Of a stretch of DNA of 64,000 bases, positions 49,184 through 62,706 are shown one piece after another. The DNA comes from Phallusia mammillata (Eukaryota): contig OZ281499.1 in the NCBI GenBank assembly GCA_965637545.1, positions 2,542,001-2,606,000 of the forward strand. Reading direction: 5' to 3'. Numbering within the stretch: the first letter of the stretch is position 1; the number at the start of each line of letters is the position of its first letter. A program made the position numbers and the translations under genes. The notes beneath the pieces are model-generated. The model made no database searches and was not told the origin of the DNA. It worked only from the letters and a program-made list of their open reading frames with translations.

Positions 49184-50895
49184 GTTCGTCGGTATAACTT
49201 CGGAAAAGTCCACGCTTTTTTGACATTCACAGGATGTTCTCTGCTTTATAATGTACACAGTCTGATCAATGGTAAAAAGACCCTTTTCAAGAAAATATGT
49301 CAGTTGAAACAATGCTTGTATAGGTTACAACAAAAGATGTCAGATTACAGCTCCTGCAAGTCGCACCGTGATACTGATTTAAACAATTAAATCGTCTGTC
49401 TCGAATTTAATTATCTAGCACTTACACGCTGTGAACAAACACACAAGCATTTCTTCTTAGAGTCTTGTCTGGGAAAGCAAATGCTACAATCAACTAAGCT
49501 ACCGGTGCCTGACTGTCCAAACATGTATTGCATTATGCATCCTGTCATATATTACCTGATACATCCTGTTGCTCGTTCGTAAACGCTTTCAATCTTACAT
49601 TACTCGATAATGTAATTTTTAACACAAATTTGTTTTTTACACAAATTTTGCATTTACAACTATGAGTTAAGAGTTAACAACGTCAACGCAATGATTTGGA
49701 CACAATTTTAAAGATATATTTTAACATTGTTTTTTTTGTGTGTTTTCGCAAACAAATATTTTATGCATTATAACACAAAGCCATACGATATCATTTTACC
49801 TTACTTCGCTTGTTTTCACTTATCAAAACATACCTGCGAAATCTGAAAACTTTTTCTGTCTAACTCTAAATATCAACGAACACAACTGAAATCGGGGCCT
49901 TGTGTTAAACTATCGTGACATCCTGGACATCAAACGTTTCGGCCGCCAATCAGGGGCACCCTTGCTGCGTGGAAGTATCTCACGAACTAAACACCAGGAA
50001 CTGAAGGCCCTGGGGTCTATGCAGGAAAAGAAAAACGCCAGTCGCCGTGTTCTAAATAATCAAATCGGCGACGGGTGCCGGTTTAACAACCGTGTCACTG
50101 TTTTCGCTGGTGAACAATAAAGAAGTCACTATTAGGGACACCGATTGGATGTAATACAATGAAATTAGGTGCGAGGTGATGTGATTATTATATACGCGTG
50201 CCATTTTTTCCGATGTAATCAAAAAAAAAGTAATGGAAACTTTCTTGATTTTTGATCCAGTTTTGATATGTATGTAAACTTTTATACATACAGTTATTTG
50301 ACCAAAATGCCAATTTTAATGATTTCAAGTAAAATGGTTATCTCTTATTGACAAAAAAGTGAAAAAAGGACAAGCTTAAAAGACAATAATACACCTATTT
50401 CAGGTAAAATTATCAAAAAAACTTGTTATTGGTTTCTTATAGCAGTCTAGTTTGGGTTTTATCATCGCCTTTGCGTTTTCTTAAAGTATCTACTAAAATA
50501 CATTTTTAAATACAATTCATGAAAATGTCTTTGGCAACGATTTTAGGCCCAAACACCTACAACTATTACTCCATACACACGACCAAATGTCTACTCGCAA
50601 TGTTGAAACAAACAAATAGACGATTTCCAAAACGAACAATCCTTTTCGTAGCAAGAGATAATCCACTAGCAAACAAAACAAAAAGCTGCAACTGTTATGT
50701 TTACACCGGTTCGCGGATTAGAGGCAACACGCACAGAAGGCAATATTGAACTGCGGTGAATTATTAAGGCAAAGGCCAGCTGGTAGATTGCTAACCGATA
50801 CCGGGGAATGCATAACAGACAGCTTAGTGGCAGGTTTTAAACTTGACGATTGGTATTTTTACCTTTATTTTTTGCACAACATTAAATAGCTAGAT

Positions 50896-51093
50896 CAGTG
50901 GTTCTTAACCTGCGGGTAATTACTTTCCAATGGGTAAATATAAGGGAATAATTACATTCTTATTTTTTTCGTGACGTCTACCTTTTTTGACATCATAGTA
51001 AATAATTTTAGTTTTGTTGAATTTAGTTTAGTTTTAGGGGGTGAATAAAGTTTTTCCCAGAGAAAACTATCATGAAAATATTAAAAACCACTG
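50896..51093. mobile_element. hAT-type MITE
   Basis: CAGTGGTTCTTAA / TAAAAACCACTG with perfect TSD agctagat. Confidence 0.85.
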
Positions 51094-53206
51094 AGCTAGA
51101 TGTACCCTAATGCAAACAAAACGTAAATCTACACGAGCAGCTTAAACATGTTTCCTAAATTTTCCTTATTCAACCTGATGCAAAAACTGTGTTCTAAAAT
51201 ATTAAAAACAAACAACCTCAACAGTCCTTCATAATATCAGTGTTATCCTTTTAAAAATACTTTCCTTCATTGGCATGAGACTAGTCATAGAACTTGTATG
51301 CGTAAGCGCTGGAACATATAAGGGGTTGAAACTGGTTTTACTGCGTCAATGGTATAGACTTAGAGCCCTTAGCACTGTTTATCCTTTATAAGTCATTTGT
51401 TCTAATATGGTTTGAATGCCGATTTTTACCAACACTGTTGTAGCAACAAAACTAACTGACGTGAAAATTAATGAAATCATTTCTAATTCCCCTAAAGGAA
51501 TTCCGATATTAATGTTTGGCATTTACAAAACATTGGCTTTAACTGGAAATTTGGTCAAATTGGTTCGGTTGCCGAAATACCGTTTCATGCATATTATAAA
51601 ACGTTTTTGACAAAATTAAAAAACAAACTATTTTCACAGTAATATATATCCGAGTCACGTGATTGCCGGAAATGGTTCGAAATTTTTTTGCAGCAAAAAT
51701 GTTTTTGCAGATCTTTGCAAACGTTACAGTTGATTTAAAAAAAATTCGTGGTAAAAATGTTAAAAGTGAGAAAAAACAAATCTATTTAAGTAAAACTTCA
51801 AATTTAATTAGGTAAAACTCTTGAAAAAAGAACAAGTCTAAAAAGTAAGTTCAAGACTTTGACCTTACATCCAAAACATTTGACCTTACATTTTGTTGGT
51901 AATGGCGACGTTAGGGCTTACCCACCTCTTTGTACTTTTAATGAACTTTTATTGCAAAGACCGACTTTAAACTCGTAAAAAAACGTCTCGTATTTAATCC
52001 ACGACATCGTGGTATGAAACGGAACCGCACATCATTAAACAACTTTCGCATCCAGAGAAGGCGAATTGGCCGAAATTTGGACGCAGAATGATAGGTTACC
52101 TGACATTTATCATCACCAGCCAACTTACCGGCACGCTTGGAGATAAATGTTGCACCAAAGGTCGTTAGTTCAAACCCCGACAGGAAAGACGAATTTATTG
52201 AATCCAAATTTGGAAAGGGTTACACATAAGATATAGCCAATAGGCTGCAGAAGGTAAATGGTGCTATGGGTGAAAAAAATAATTAAATCGATTATATTTG
52301 AATAAGATTTTGAAGATGTAAATATACACAGGGGCTTTTAGTTAGAAGCAATGTTCACCATTTTGAAAATTGTGCCAAGTTAACCCAATATCTTTTTAAA
52401 ATAATTTTTTACGACAATCCGACAACAGTTAGAAAACTAAAAATTGCCCTTTGTCGTGTCATCATGCAACAACAGAAAATGTATTAATGATTGTTACCAC
52501 ACAGTATGTCTAATGTGGGAAAAATGTTATTCAAAAGCTAATACTAGTTCACGCAAAACATATGATTTTATCTATTAAAAACAACTGGTAAATTTGCAAA
52601 CCAGCCCACAGTGAAAGCATAACCAGGGTCATTTTTTAGCACAACACAGTGGTCCGTTGGTTGCGTGATATCGTGCGTGATTGGACCGAATATGACAAGC
52701 GCATCATATGTTCCCGAGTTGATGAATGTTCGCCTGCGTCAAAGAATTTCGCAGAAGTGATGGTCCACAGAATTCACTTCTGAAGAACTTTCTACTGCCG
52801 GAAATGCTAGGGTCCGGCCCTCGTTTCGAAACGCGTCACAAAACACGAGAGTTTTTTTTATGAATGGGCAATCTGCCAGTTACCTTCTAATTTTTTTTTC
52901 CGTTCCAAATAACGTTTTGGGGTTTGGGCTGGGGTTGGCATGAGTTGTGCATTAATCTTTTTTGCAAGAACCGCGCGTACCCTTTGATGAATTTACAACA
53001 GTTCACATGGTAGGTTTGTTAATGCTTGCATGTGGTATACAAGCATTAAAAAGATTGCATTTTTATCCCACCCTAGTACTTATTTCTTACACTAAATCAC
53101 TCGCTTATTTTTATACAATTCTGCAGCTGTTATCTTATTTAGTAATTTTTTTACTTGTACTTTTCGGTATTCAATGGTGGATTTACATGCCTTTTATGGG
53201 TTAAAA

Positions 53207-53421
53207 CAGTGGTTCTCAAACTTTTTTTGTTGCGACGCCTCTGGAAAAGTTTTCAGGACTTGCGACGCACCAGCAAATAAAAGTTAATTAAGAAACTTAA
53301 TATTAAAGTTGTGTTTATTGATACAATAACTAAAAGTTACGAAACGGAAATATTCTGCGACGCCTTTGGAAAATTGAAACGACGCACCAGGGCGTCGCGA
53401 AGCACAGTTTGAGAACCGCTG
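53207..53421. mobile_element. hAT-type MITE
   Basis: CAGTGGTTCTCAAACT / AGTTTGAGAACCGCTG with perfect TSD ggttaaaa and internal GCGACGC repeats. Confidence 0.9.
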
Positions 53422-54559
53422 GGTTAAAAGAATGTCGACGCCTGGCTAACGTATTTACTCGATTGTAGCCTAAGCTGCACAAACTATAGGGTAAAAAAAA
53501 CTTTGAAAGCCGCCGCCCATACGATCACATAAATACGATATTTAAAAAAAGGTTAGAAAGAATAGCCATGAACTTATGCTTTGCGAGAACCAACGCCAAT
53601 CATGTCATTTCTGTCTATGATGCTAACACACACACTTCACCATATACTACACATAACGGTCAACGCACGTTTCGTCCAATTAGAACCTGTTCCAAACATT
53701 AGGCAACTTGACGCAGATTTTAGAGGTCGCATAGAGGCATTGTACTAGGTTTAACTAAATTTGACCAAATTTATTAAGTAAGCCACACGCCTTTTTGCGA
53801 AACACTGCGCAATGGTGACACACACAAAATATGGATTGATTTCGAAATATGTTCAACAGCCAAGGAGTTACCTATAAACCTTAAGCGTAGGAATCGAAGT
53901 TTGCATTGGAAATGCGTGTCATGATAATGAACGTATAGCGTGCGTTTTTGCTGGCACATTGCGTGGTCTTAGCACGAGGTAACACTCTTTTAAACATGCG
54001 CATCAGGAAAACCATTTTGTTTCCACAACGTTGAAAATGCGCGCACAAAAGACACGATGGAGTTTTCTGAAGTTTTATGTTTTGTTTAACTATTTTGCAG
54101 TTACATGCAACGAAACAAGTTATATGTGTTGCAGCATTGGTATTCGCATTTATATGTGTTTATTACTGAAACATTGATAATGGTTTAATACTAATATCAA
54201 ACACCAACCAATGAACAAAATTTAGAAAGTTAATTACAATTACATATACCTTATAAGTTAGTTTTGGCGTCGCCATTTAAGAAATTTCAAACCGCTTTCG
54301 TTCTTCGGAAGCTACTTCCGAAGTGAAATACCAACTTTGGGTTTTAGCCTACAACGTGAATGTTTTAACGTACATTGCCCATTTCCAGGTATAATACATC
54401 GCATTTCATGACATATACAGCAAGCAACGAACCCGCACAAAAGGTCAAACCAATTTCTCTGCATCGCTTATGAGTAATAGTGTACAAGTCGGCAATTATA
54501 ACTCTTTGCGCTTTGTACAGCGGCATAAAAGGAACCTTTATGACCTCGAATAACCCTGA

Positions 54560-54930
54560 AACAGAGGGAGCGGTATCCTTTCATGACGTATTGAGTTCTT
54601 AAAGGTAAATTGTGGGCGTTTAAGGTTGGGGATTTGCTTTTAAAGGAGAACCAAATTTGGGTTCATTTTTGAAGCGGTTTTGCTTGAACCGCAGTTAAAG
54701 TGGAACTGATATGAATAATATTAAATCTATATTTGGAAATCGAAATTAAAATGGAGTTGTTTATCCAAATATTGTAAATAAATTTATATTACTGACAATT
54801 GTACAAACTGCATACCTTGCTACTAAATTTAAAGATTTATCTGAAATTTTACCATAAAAGATTGATAAAAAACGTCAAATCATTCAAAGTTACTGATAAG
54901 TATTTTGGCATATATCGAAAATGGCCCAAA
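54560..54930 (+). mobile_element. Possible highly decayed Penelope-like RT fragment
   Basis: Stop-riddled peptides ETEGAVSFHDVL, NIKSIF..NG..YPNIVNKFI and LAYI occur in the same order as the PLE motifs E..G.lpFLDvl, ik.il..NgYP..I and LPYI (recognised by eye). Confidence 0.3.
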
Positions 54931-56269
54931 CGAGTTTTAACATTTAAGACGGAATTCAGCTGAAATACCGAATCGTTACATGTCATATGAATGTCGAACG
55001 CAAAACGGAGAAACCAGAATTATAAGCTCTTTGGTGTAATGCCTCAAAACAATCAAACGTTTGTTCAATAGAAAAGTCCAATTATTATTTTGCAAAACGT
55101 GAAGTGAAAATATTACAAAAAATTAGAGATTTAAAAAATACACACAGCGTTTTTTTCAAAAAAACATATGAAAGTAAAAGACGTTTAAACGCTGCAAAAA
55201 TGGGTTAATAGAAAATGTTTTGGTTTTTATAAGTTTTGGTAACCTACAAGCACAATTTAATCTTGCAACAAAATGTTAAATAACTCAAGTAAACAACAGC
55301 AGTGTCGATCTTGCGTCAGCAATTTTTCTGTGTATACTGAGTCAACCGGAAATAGATACAAGCATACCCAGAGGCGCTGCGCATATTAGGTTGATAATCG
55401 AATTTGGCTCAATGTGGGCCCATAAAAAACACATTCACTATGAGTTGGGTTTTCTCCCGCCTGCGCAAACGTCACAAACGAAGGCATTATGACGTCATAC
55501 GCATGACACAGAGGATATTGAATTTTTGGAGGCCTAAGTGGGCCCTAGGAAGGCGAAAACAAGAAAACAATCCGTTTAATAGGCTGCTACCGTTCGTCAA
55601 TGCGAAACCTAGTTAAGATTCCTACAATGTTTCGTAATCTTTTTGCTGCGGAAACAATAGGTTTACATCGTAATACGTCGAAAAATTGAGTCAGTAGGGA
55701 ATCTCTAAGAGAAGTTTTGCGAAAACGTCAACACATGGTTAACGGTTTAAATTCCACGCAGGTTTAGTTATCAAAAGCAAACTGTTTTATTTTATACTGA
55801 AACAACTCTCTGCTCTTGGGTTTACAGTAAACTTAGATTAAAGAGCACAATTGTAAATCTTAAAGCCTGAGCGCGTGGGGTTAACGGTTCAAATCCCAGG
55901 CGGACTTATTTGTTCAAACTAAACTACCTTGTTTTATAGTAAAACGTTTTATTGCATGCGTTTTAACAATCTTTGTACTGGGAATAATAATTATGAAATA
56001 ACCTATAGTAAACTGTGTTCACTATTTTTATAATTTTTCCCAAAAATTTTGCAAAGCCTTTTTTTGGTATGTGTCTATAATTTTTTTCGGGATTTGTAAT
56101 GATTTTTAGCCGGGTTGAACAATATTAACCCTTCAACATATGGCGTAGACAAACAAAATCCCTACAAAATCGCTAATATCACACCAAATAGGTCATACGC
56201 ATAGCATTCAGGTCAGAGTCTTAAAACCCGCGAATTCTATAACGTTGTTGTGATTTTTCATTAAGTTTC

Positions 56270-56765
56270 AGTCAGCGTAAACTTGTTAACAGTTATGGGT
56301 AAACAGTAAATAAGGAAAAGATCCTTACAACAAATTTGCTAACATCACATGAAACAGGTCACACATATATCATCATCTCAGTCATAGCGTTATTAGCCGC
56401 GAGTTACCGTACATGTTTATAATGTTTTGGGTTTTGTTGTATATTGTTAAAAGCCAATAAAAACCCGTCAACATTTCTGCGTAAACAAAAAAACAACCTT
56501 ACAATTTTGCTAACATCACATGAAATAGGTCACATACATACATCATCTCGGTCATATTGTTATCAGTCGCGAGTTGCCTTATGTGTCTGTATAATCTTTA
56601 GGGTTATTTTGTTTTATCCAGTTTAAGCAATATAAACCCGTCAACATTTCAGCGTAAACAGAAAACAAGGAAGACAACCTTATGACAAATTTGCTAACAT
56701 CACATGAAACAGGTCATGCACATATCATCCCGGTCATAGTGTTATAAGCCGCGAGGTGCCGCATT
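56270..56765. repeat. Three diverged tandem units of 171-184 bp
   Basis: GCTAACATCACATGAAA at 56338, 56509 and 56693. Confidence 0.85.
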
Positions 56766-57714
56766 ACACTAATGATCGTCGTTATTACTGCTTCCACATC
56801 AAACACATTGTAACACGAAACCGGTGCGTTTTTCCTCACAAACATCAAAGGGGAACTCAGGAGTCCTTACTCGTACATACAATATCGCGTTAAGCGGAAA
56901 ATTTACGAGTTCCCCAACCAATATGAGATTTAAATTGTGCTAAAAGCGGACGACGCCATTCGTCACCGTAAAATATCCCAAACTGTTTTTGAAAAGTTTA
57001 ATAAACTTGAAAACATTCTAGTGAATACAGTTTTCGATTTAGAATGTTCTTGGACATTCGCATGGGCCACTAAAACTGCCGAGATTGTAAGATAATTAAC
57101 TGACACCCGGTTTGGGACAATAAATATTGTTCATTTCGCATACCTATTTCATTTCCGTTTTGTCCGTTCATAATAAATTGGTTCATATAGACAAGATTTT
57201 GCAACAGCGCAAAAATACCTAAACACCATACAGAAAAATAGGCTTTAATCTGACTTCATAGGAGAGGTGTTTTATCATAACTTTTGTTACTACTTAGAAG
57301 AATTTGAGATATTAACAAATTATATATTTTACTAAACGTGATAATATATTCTGTGGACACCCATGAAAATAAAATATCTTCGTTTTATAGCACAGCGAAT
57401 TTTGTGCGGCTAAATAGTTTTTTGAGGTTGGGGGTATACTTCAAGGCCTTGTATAATATCAGATCTATATCTAAAAGTTTATAAATAAAATATGTTTAAA
57501 TAAATTATAAAGTGTCGTTAACCTTCTTTTTGCACAAAAGTTTAAAAATCCTTGGATGTAGGTGACTTTTCAGCTAAATGAAGTCTTTCTAGCTCAACGG
57601 CAGCAATGCAAACTAAATTCTAGGTATTATAATTTGATATCTCTGATCTACGGTGACCGACGCTTCTATATTTAGTTTCCGATTTTATCACGAAGTTAGA
57701 TATGTTAACCCTAT

Positions 57715-57960
57715 AAACATTTCATGTCCAAATTTGGACGCTTCTGCTGGAATTTTACACACTTTTTAAAGCACATTTTTACTATATTTTTTAAATAAAC
57801 AAATAAATCGCTATTATTTAGTATTTACATTTTGCTTTAAGCATTTCATGACAAAATTTTGACGCTTCAGTTGCATGTTTACACAAATTTCAAAGCATAT
57901 TTACAACAGCCTTTTAAAAAAAATAAAGTAACCGTTATGGTCTAGTATTTAAATTTTGCA
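57715..57960. repeat. Diverged tandem duplication of about 123 bp
   Basis: CATTTCATG.CAAA.TT.GACGCTTC...TAGTATTTA.ATTTTGC.TTA occurs twice. Confidence 0.65.
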
Positions 57961-58038
57961 TTAGGTTGGTCTAAAGAAAAATATTTATTGAATGCTTTAA
58001 ACAAGTACATTCATCAACTTTGCCATATTCGAATGTAC

Positions 58039-61000
58039 CTTGTTGTATTAAACCTTTTATTCTTGCGGGTGTTCCCACAGCAAAATGGACGATACCTTTC
58101 CGTAATGATTTAATTTGATCCTCAATTTTCATGTGTTTCGAAAACAACTTTAAAGATCTTCAAGACAATGTGTCAGCATTAATACACAAACGAAAACATT
58201 TCAAAGTTGTCACAATTTAACATTAGGATTTCAATTTATTCTTGGAGTATTCTATAATTCATTAGCACGTTTCCTAAATCAACAACAAAAAATATAAAAA
58301 TACTGCTTTTTATTTTGTTAAAATCACAACTATTAGTGTTAAAATCACAACTACTGAAAGAAATATAGTGAAAGAAAAAAATGTTTAATGACCTTGATTA
58401 CACGTTTCAAATTCTATTTGCATTGGAATACTTAAAAAACAATGAATAAGCACTCACTTGCATTTCTTCCCTTTAAAATCTTGCGCTTGAGTGTTAAGGT
58501 TACAAGCTCGCAGAGCGTTGCCACACACTATGATGACCAGTGGCGACATCTTGTGTTTATAATCAGCTGATACTTTCCGCCACTTGGGGAGCACTGCGCA
58601 CAACACATTGTTTATAGACATCGGCTTTTAAATGGCTAAATGCACAGAACAACAAATCCACAGAATTTCTATTGTAGCGTTTTGCTATGTAAGTTTGAAT
58701 TGATTCCGAGAGACTTTCTACTTGTGGATCGAACTTTCTGACCTAAATCCGGCTTTAAAAACACCTTGGGCCTGTTGTACCATCGCAGTGGTTCTTAACC
58801 AGGGGTACGTGAACCCCTTGGGGGTACGAAGCATCAAATCAGGGGGTACGACATGCAGGGTGAAATTATATGCTATTTAGGCATATTTGTGAAGAATGCG
58901 TAACAAGTTACTTTGTTATGTACAGTATCCAGAGCGTGTTAGTTTTGTACTACTTACAATACTGTTTTCATGCATGCATTCAAAATCCAAGTTATAGATA
59001 CACTGAGTTTAATTGTTACAATTTTATTTACTTCCGTCGGCCATTTTAGACAGGGGGTACGAGAAAATTTTATGAAAGCTCAAAGGGTACGAGCGCAAAA
59101 AAAGGTGTAAGAAACACTGTACTATCGTGTACAACTTTGGTTTGTAATGCAAATGTGTGTGCTTCCTTATCTAAACGGATGGTACAGTGCGAGACAGAAA
59201 AGTTGTCTGTGGTGGGGATAAATTAAACCAGCGCAAGTATCCCATTCTCGTCTATTTTTTATGGTTAAAATAAAAGCAAATTCTTCAAACATGAACGCAC
59301 CTTTTTGCAGGTAGGATGCAATGGAAGGGTCTCTGTCGGTGTTACACGCACAAAAATGTTCATCTGCATTGAAAAAGTTAATTAAACTTAAACCAAATGT
59401 TAATTATAAATTGATAAATTCAACCATAGTCATTTTAAATAGCTAGTAATGAAAAAGTTTAGAACCACTGAACTACAGTTTCATACGTGTATGTATTTGG
59501 ACAAAAAGTGGAATTGCAAATATCCATCTTATCGTTTGTACCATATAATCTCAAATCCTCTTCCTCAACTGATGAGAGTTTTGTGAAATGGCGTTGCAAC
59601 GTTGATATGAGGTCGGTCGAATCGCATCCTTTCTCAGGGATGTTTTCATCCGTAATACGCTGAACAAATACTGGTATGTTACAATTGTTTAAAAATCATG
59701 TAAAACAGTGGTTCCCAACCGGGGAGGAATTCCTCCTAAACTGCAAAAAAATACATTGAAAATGTTTCAGAATATTTTTGTGTATACATTATTATGTCCA
59801 TTATAATTTGGACCCGGTTCACATTTGGTAAAGGATTCTGAATGGGCATCCCTAATTATAAGGTCTATTTCAAATTGCTAAAATTTTTTATGTTATATTT
59901 GTTTTTCTTCTTATGGGGAGGAATGAATAGTTCGAAAATGGGCAAAGGGAGGAATGCAACAAAAAAGGTTGGGAACCACTGATGTAAAACAACGAATCTA
60001 ATGTTGCTTTTTTATCAAGAAAGGCAGATCATTTTATGTCCAAAGCTGTATTGTCGTAGATATAACCACAATAGAAACATTAGTCTCGTAGATATAAGCA
60101 GAATGTAAACAATAATCTCGAAGATATAAGCACTTAGGCGGCAATTTTTATTTTATTTTATCTATTGGGTGAGCATAAACTTGTATGTTACAATTGTTTA
60201 AAAATCACCAAAAGAAATTAATTAAATAAAATTGCTTGTCATAAAAATACGCTGGCCATTTTATGTTTAAATCTGTTGTCGTAGAAATAAGCAGCAAAGA
60301 AACTTAGGCATATTGGCGAAGTTAACCCTGAAGTTTACCTTATTCAAGGGGAAAAATGTCTTGTTTTACACTGTCCACAATCGTTGATAACATCCACTTA
60401 AAAGTGGCAAAGATATCAATAACGTAATACACGTCTATTTAAACGTTAACCAGTTCCACATTGGGTCTTCTTAAAACGCAAATCACAATGATATTTGAAT
60501 ACATACGGTGTGACCCTTTAGCCGTGCATGTGCGACATTAAAGCGCTTGTCATATATGTGCAGAATGGTAATACATCAAACCCAGTATATCAGCTATGGC
60601 TTTTTACTATTGCGTTCGCTATTGTGCAGTTACGCGAAGTCAGGAAGACAGAAGGCCAGGAAATGTGCAGTTTCCTATTAAAAGCCTCAAAAACTGCGCT
60701 GCTGGCTGCGAACGCTCGAGCCTTAACTGGCAGCAAGCGTTCTATATCTCTAATGGTAAACAAAGGCTAAAGCGAGGCGGGCTCCGTGAAACGTGTTTTG
60801 ACTGTGAGGTAAAGGACGCCGGTTCTAATGCTGTACGTCCTTGCAGAACAGTTGAAGTAAAGCTTCTGGTTTGATAAGAGTGGTGCTGCTAATACAGTGC
60901 TTGTTATACACAGCAGGTCGAGCATGTATGAAGCTGTTTTCAGTAAGTTTAATGCACTTAAGAAAGGCTACTTTAAATTAGAACAGAATTTACACCCAGT

Positions 61001-62706
61001 TACTATTACAAACGTTTTTAAAACGTGCATATATCGTTGTTCAAGTATATTGATAAAAATTTGAAAAGCGACTTTTAAGCAATTGAGTGTAACGACCAGT
61101 TAGGCATGTATACAAAAACAAGGAGTGTTTAGGATAAAAGCTGCTTATCAATGCTTGTTCCTGCTTGTTTAGTTCGCAAATGCAACTACAGATATAATGT
61201 TTTTGACAACATAAGTCTATGTCAAATAGTTAATGAGTGTAAGCACTTCTATGTGTGTGAGAAACAAACCGGCGTTAAACATTTAACTATAGCATAACGT
61301 TAAATAACATGTGGTCTGTGAAACTAGCGGGGCCAACGTAAGTTTGTTTGAGGTGTACAGATCGAGTTCGGTATATAAGGCTTAAACATTTAACTAGTTA
61401 CTAAGAACATTATTATCCAATTTTACAAATATCCGTAGTGGTACACTGTTAAAAAGTCAGCAAGTAAAAATATATTGTCGTATTCTGTTCTAAAGTGGTT
61501 GTTTTATTTTAACAAAATTAATCAATTCTTTAACCTCACTTTGATCAAATGAATTATTGAATAGCAAGTAACAGGCAATTGTGTGACTTTCAAAGCCTAT
61601 AATTGTTTAATTTCCTTTGACAAGAATTATAAATTGTCATCACTACTGATGTGTGGTAGTTACAGTTAAAAGCGGCGGATGTAAATTCATGCTTTTTATG
61701 AAAGTTGAAAACCCACAAGCCGATTCACTGCCGGGAGTTTTATAAAATTGAGTGGGTGTGCCGCATGTTACTTATAGAATACATCAGACTACACTGGTTG
61801 CTTTCAAACAAACTTGCTTTTATTTTTTGAAAATAACGGTGAATGGTGGAGTTAAAAGGTTGAGAAAAAGGCCAATTATATATTTTTTAAAGTTAAAAAA
61901 AGGACTCTGGTCCCATCCAATTTTACAATTCGTACCTACGCACAGTGGTTTACCTAACCTGCGACCAGTTTTTTTTGTATAATTGATTTTTATGTGCATG
62001 GATTAGTCCTTTATACCCAAAGGAAGACTGTACAACAATTCCCACGGTAAACGATGCGCCAGCATTTAGTTGCTGCAGCAAATCTGTAACCACAGCCCTG
62101 ATGCGTCAGTTGCTTGTCACGCATTTGTATTACTATAGTTCCTAGGCACGTAAAACATCTGTTTAAACAGAGTTTAAAGATGTGTTAGCAGTTGTGTTAG
62201 ATGAAAGCTTCAATACAATACCTAGTTTGCATGCAACGCGCGTTTTAAAGACATTTTGGTTCCCATTTATCCCCATTAGAAAAAAAAAAATTCTGCTTTT
62301 TGACATTGCTTCTTGCAAACGTCCGCAGAAATCTTCATAAGATTCCGTTTTGTGGCAGTGTGTACAGCACCGATTAGCCTGTGTCCCAATAACCTCCAGA
62401 TGTAGTTATGAGTGGTTACATCCGCACAACAATGGGCGTTTATTTAGGGCTTTGTGACAACAAACTTTTGAATGACTTACAAAACTATTATTGTTGTGAG
62501 ATTTCTACCAAATGCCGAAATTGGGCCAGCCACTCGCCTTGTCGCGCAAACCCATTTTGAATGGCGGCATTTTTCTATCAGACCCACGGAATGTCTATAA
62601 ACATATACCTTTCGTCTTCGGCGCTTCTTTTTCGCTAGAACAACTTCAGCTTCCGCTGGATCTGTCTCTAATTTCCGCTTTTCCGCCACAGGTTCCAAAT
62701 CTTCAC
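58039..62706 (-). CDS. CMSS1: CMS1 ribosomal small subunit homolog, five internal exons (first and last exons not located)
   Basis: 62706-62609 (KKKRRRRK), 59659-59542 (RITDE...LSSVEEEDLRL), 59363-59301 (SIASYLQK), 58593-58458 (VLPKWRK...SPLVIIVCGNALRAC) and 58157-58039 (KLFSKHMKIEDQ...VHFAVGTPARIKGLI). Phases are compatible and the motifs match CMSS1/Cms1 from recall. Confidence 0.85.
58786..59119. mobile_element. hAT-type MITE in a CMSS1 intron
   Basis: CAGTGGTTCTTAAC / GTAAGAAACACTG with TSD taccatcg/tactatcg and GGGGTACG subterminal repeats. Confidence 0.85.
59706..59981. mobile_element. hAT-type MITE in a CMSS1 intron
   Basis: CAGTGGTTCCCAACC / GGTTGGGAACCACTG with perfect TSD atgtaaaa. 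Confidence 0.9.

Noticed and set aside
59562-59605. CTGATGAG…GAAA hammerhead-like string with TCAA/TTGA flanks
   Set aside because: It is the antisense of CMSS1 coding sequence (LSSVEE), and stem III and the NUH triplet are absent.
60528-60874. GC-richer ORFs inside a CMSS1 intron
   Set aside because: They have no recognisable domain or consistent splice sites, and the CMSS1 model is in phase without them.
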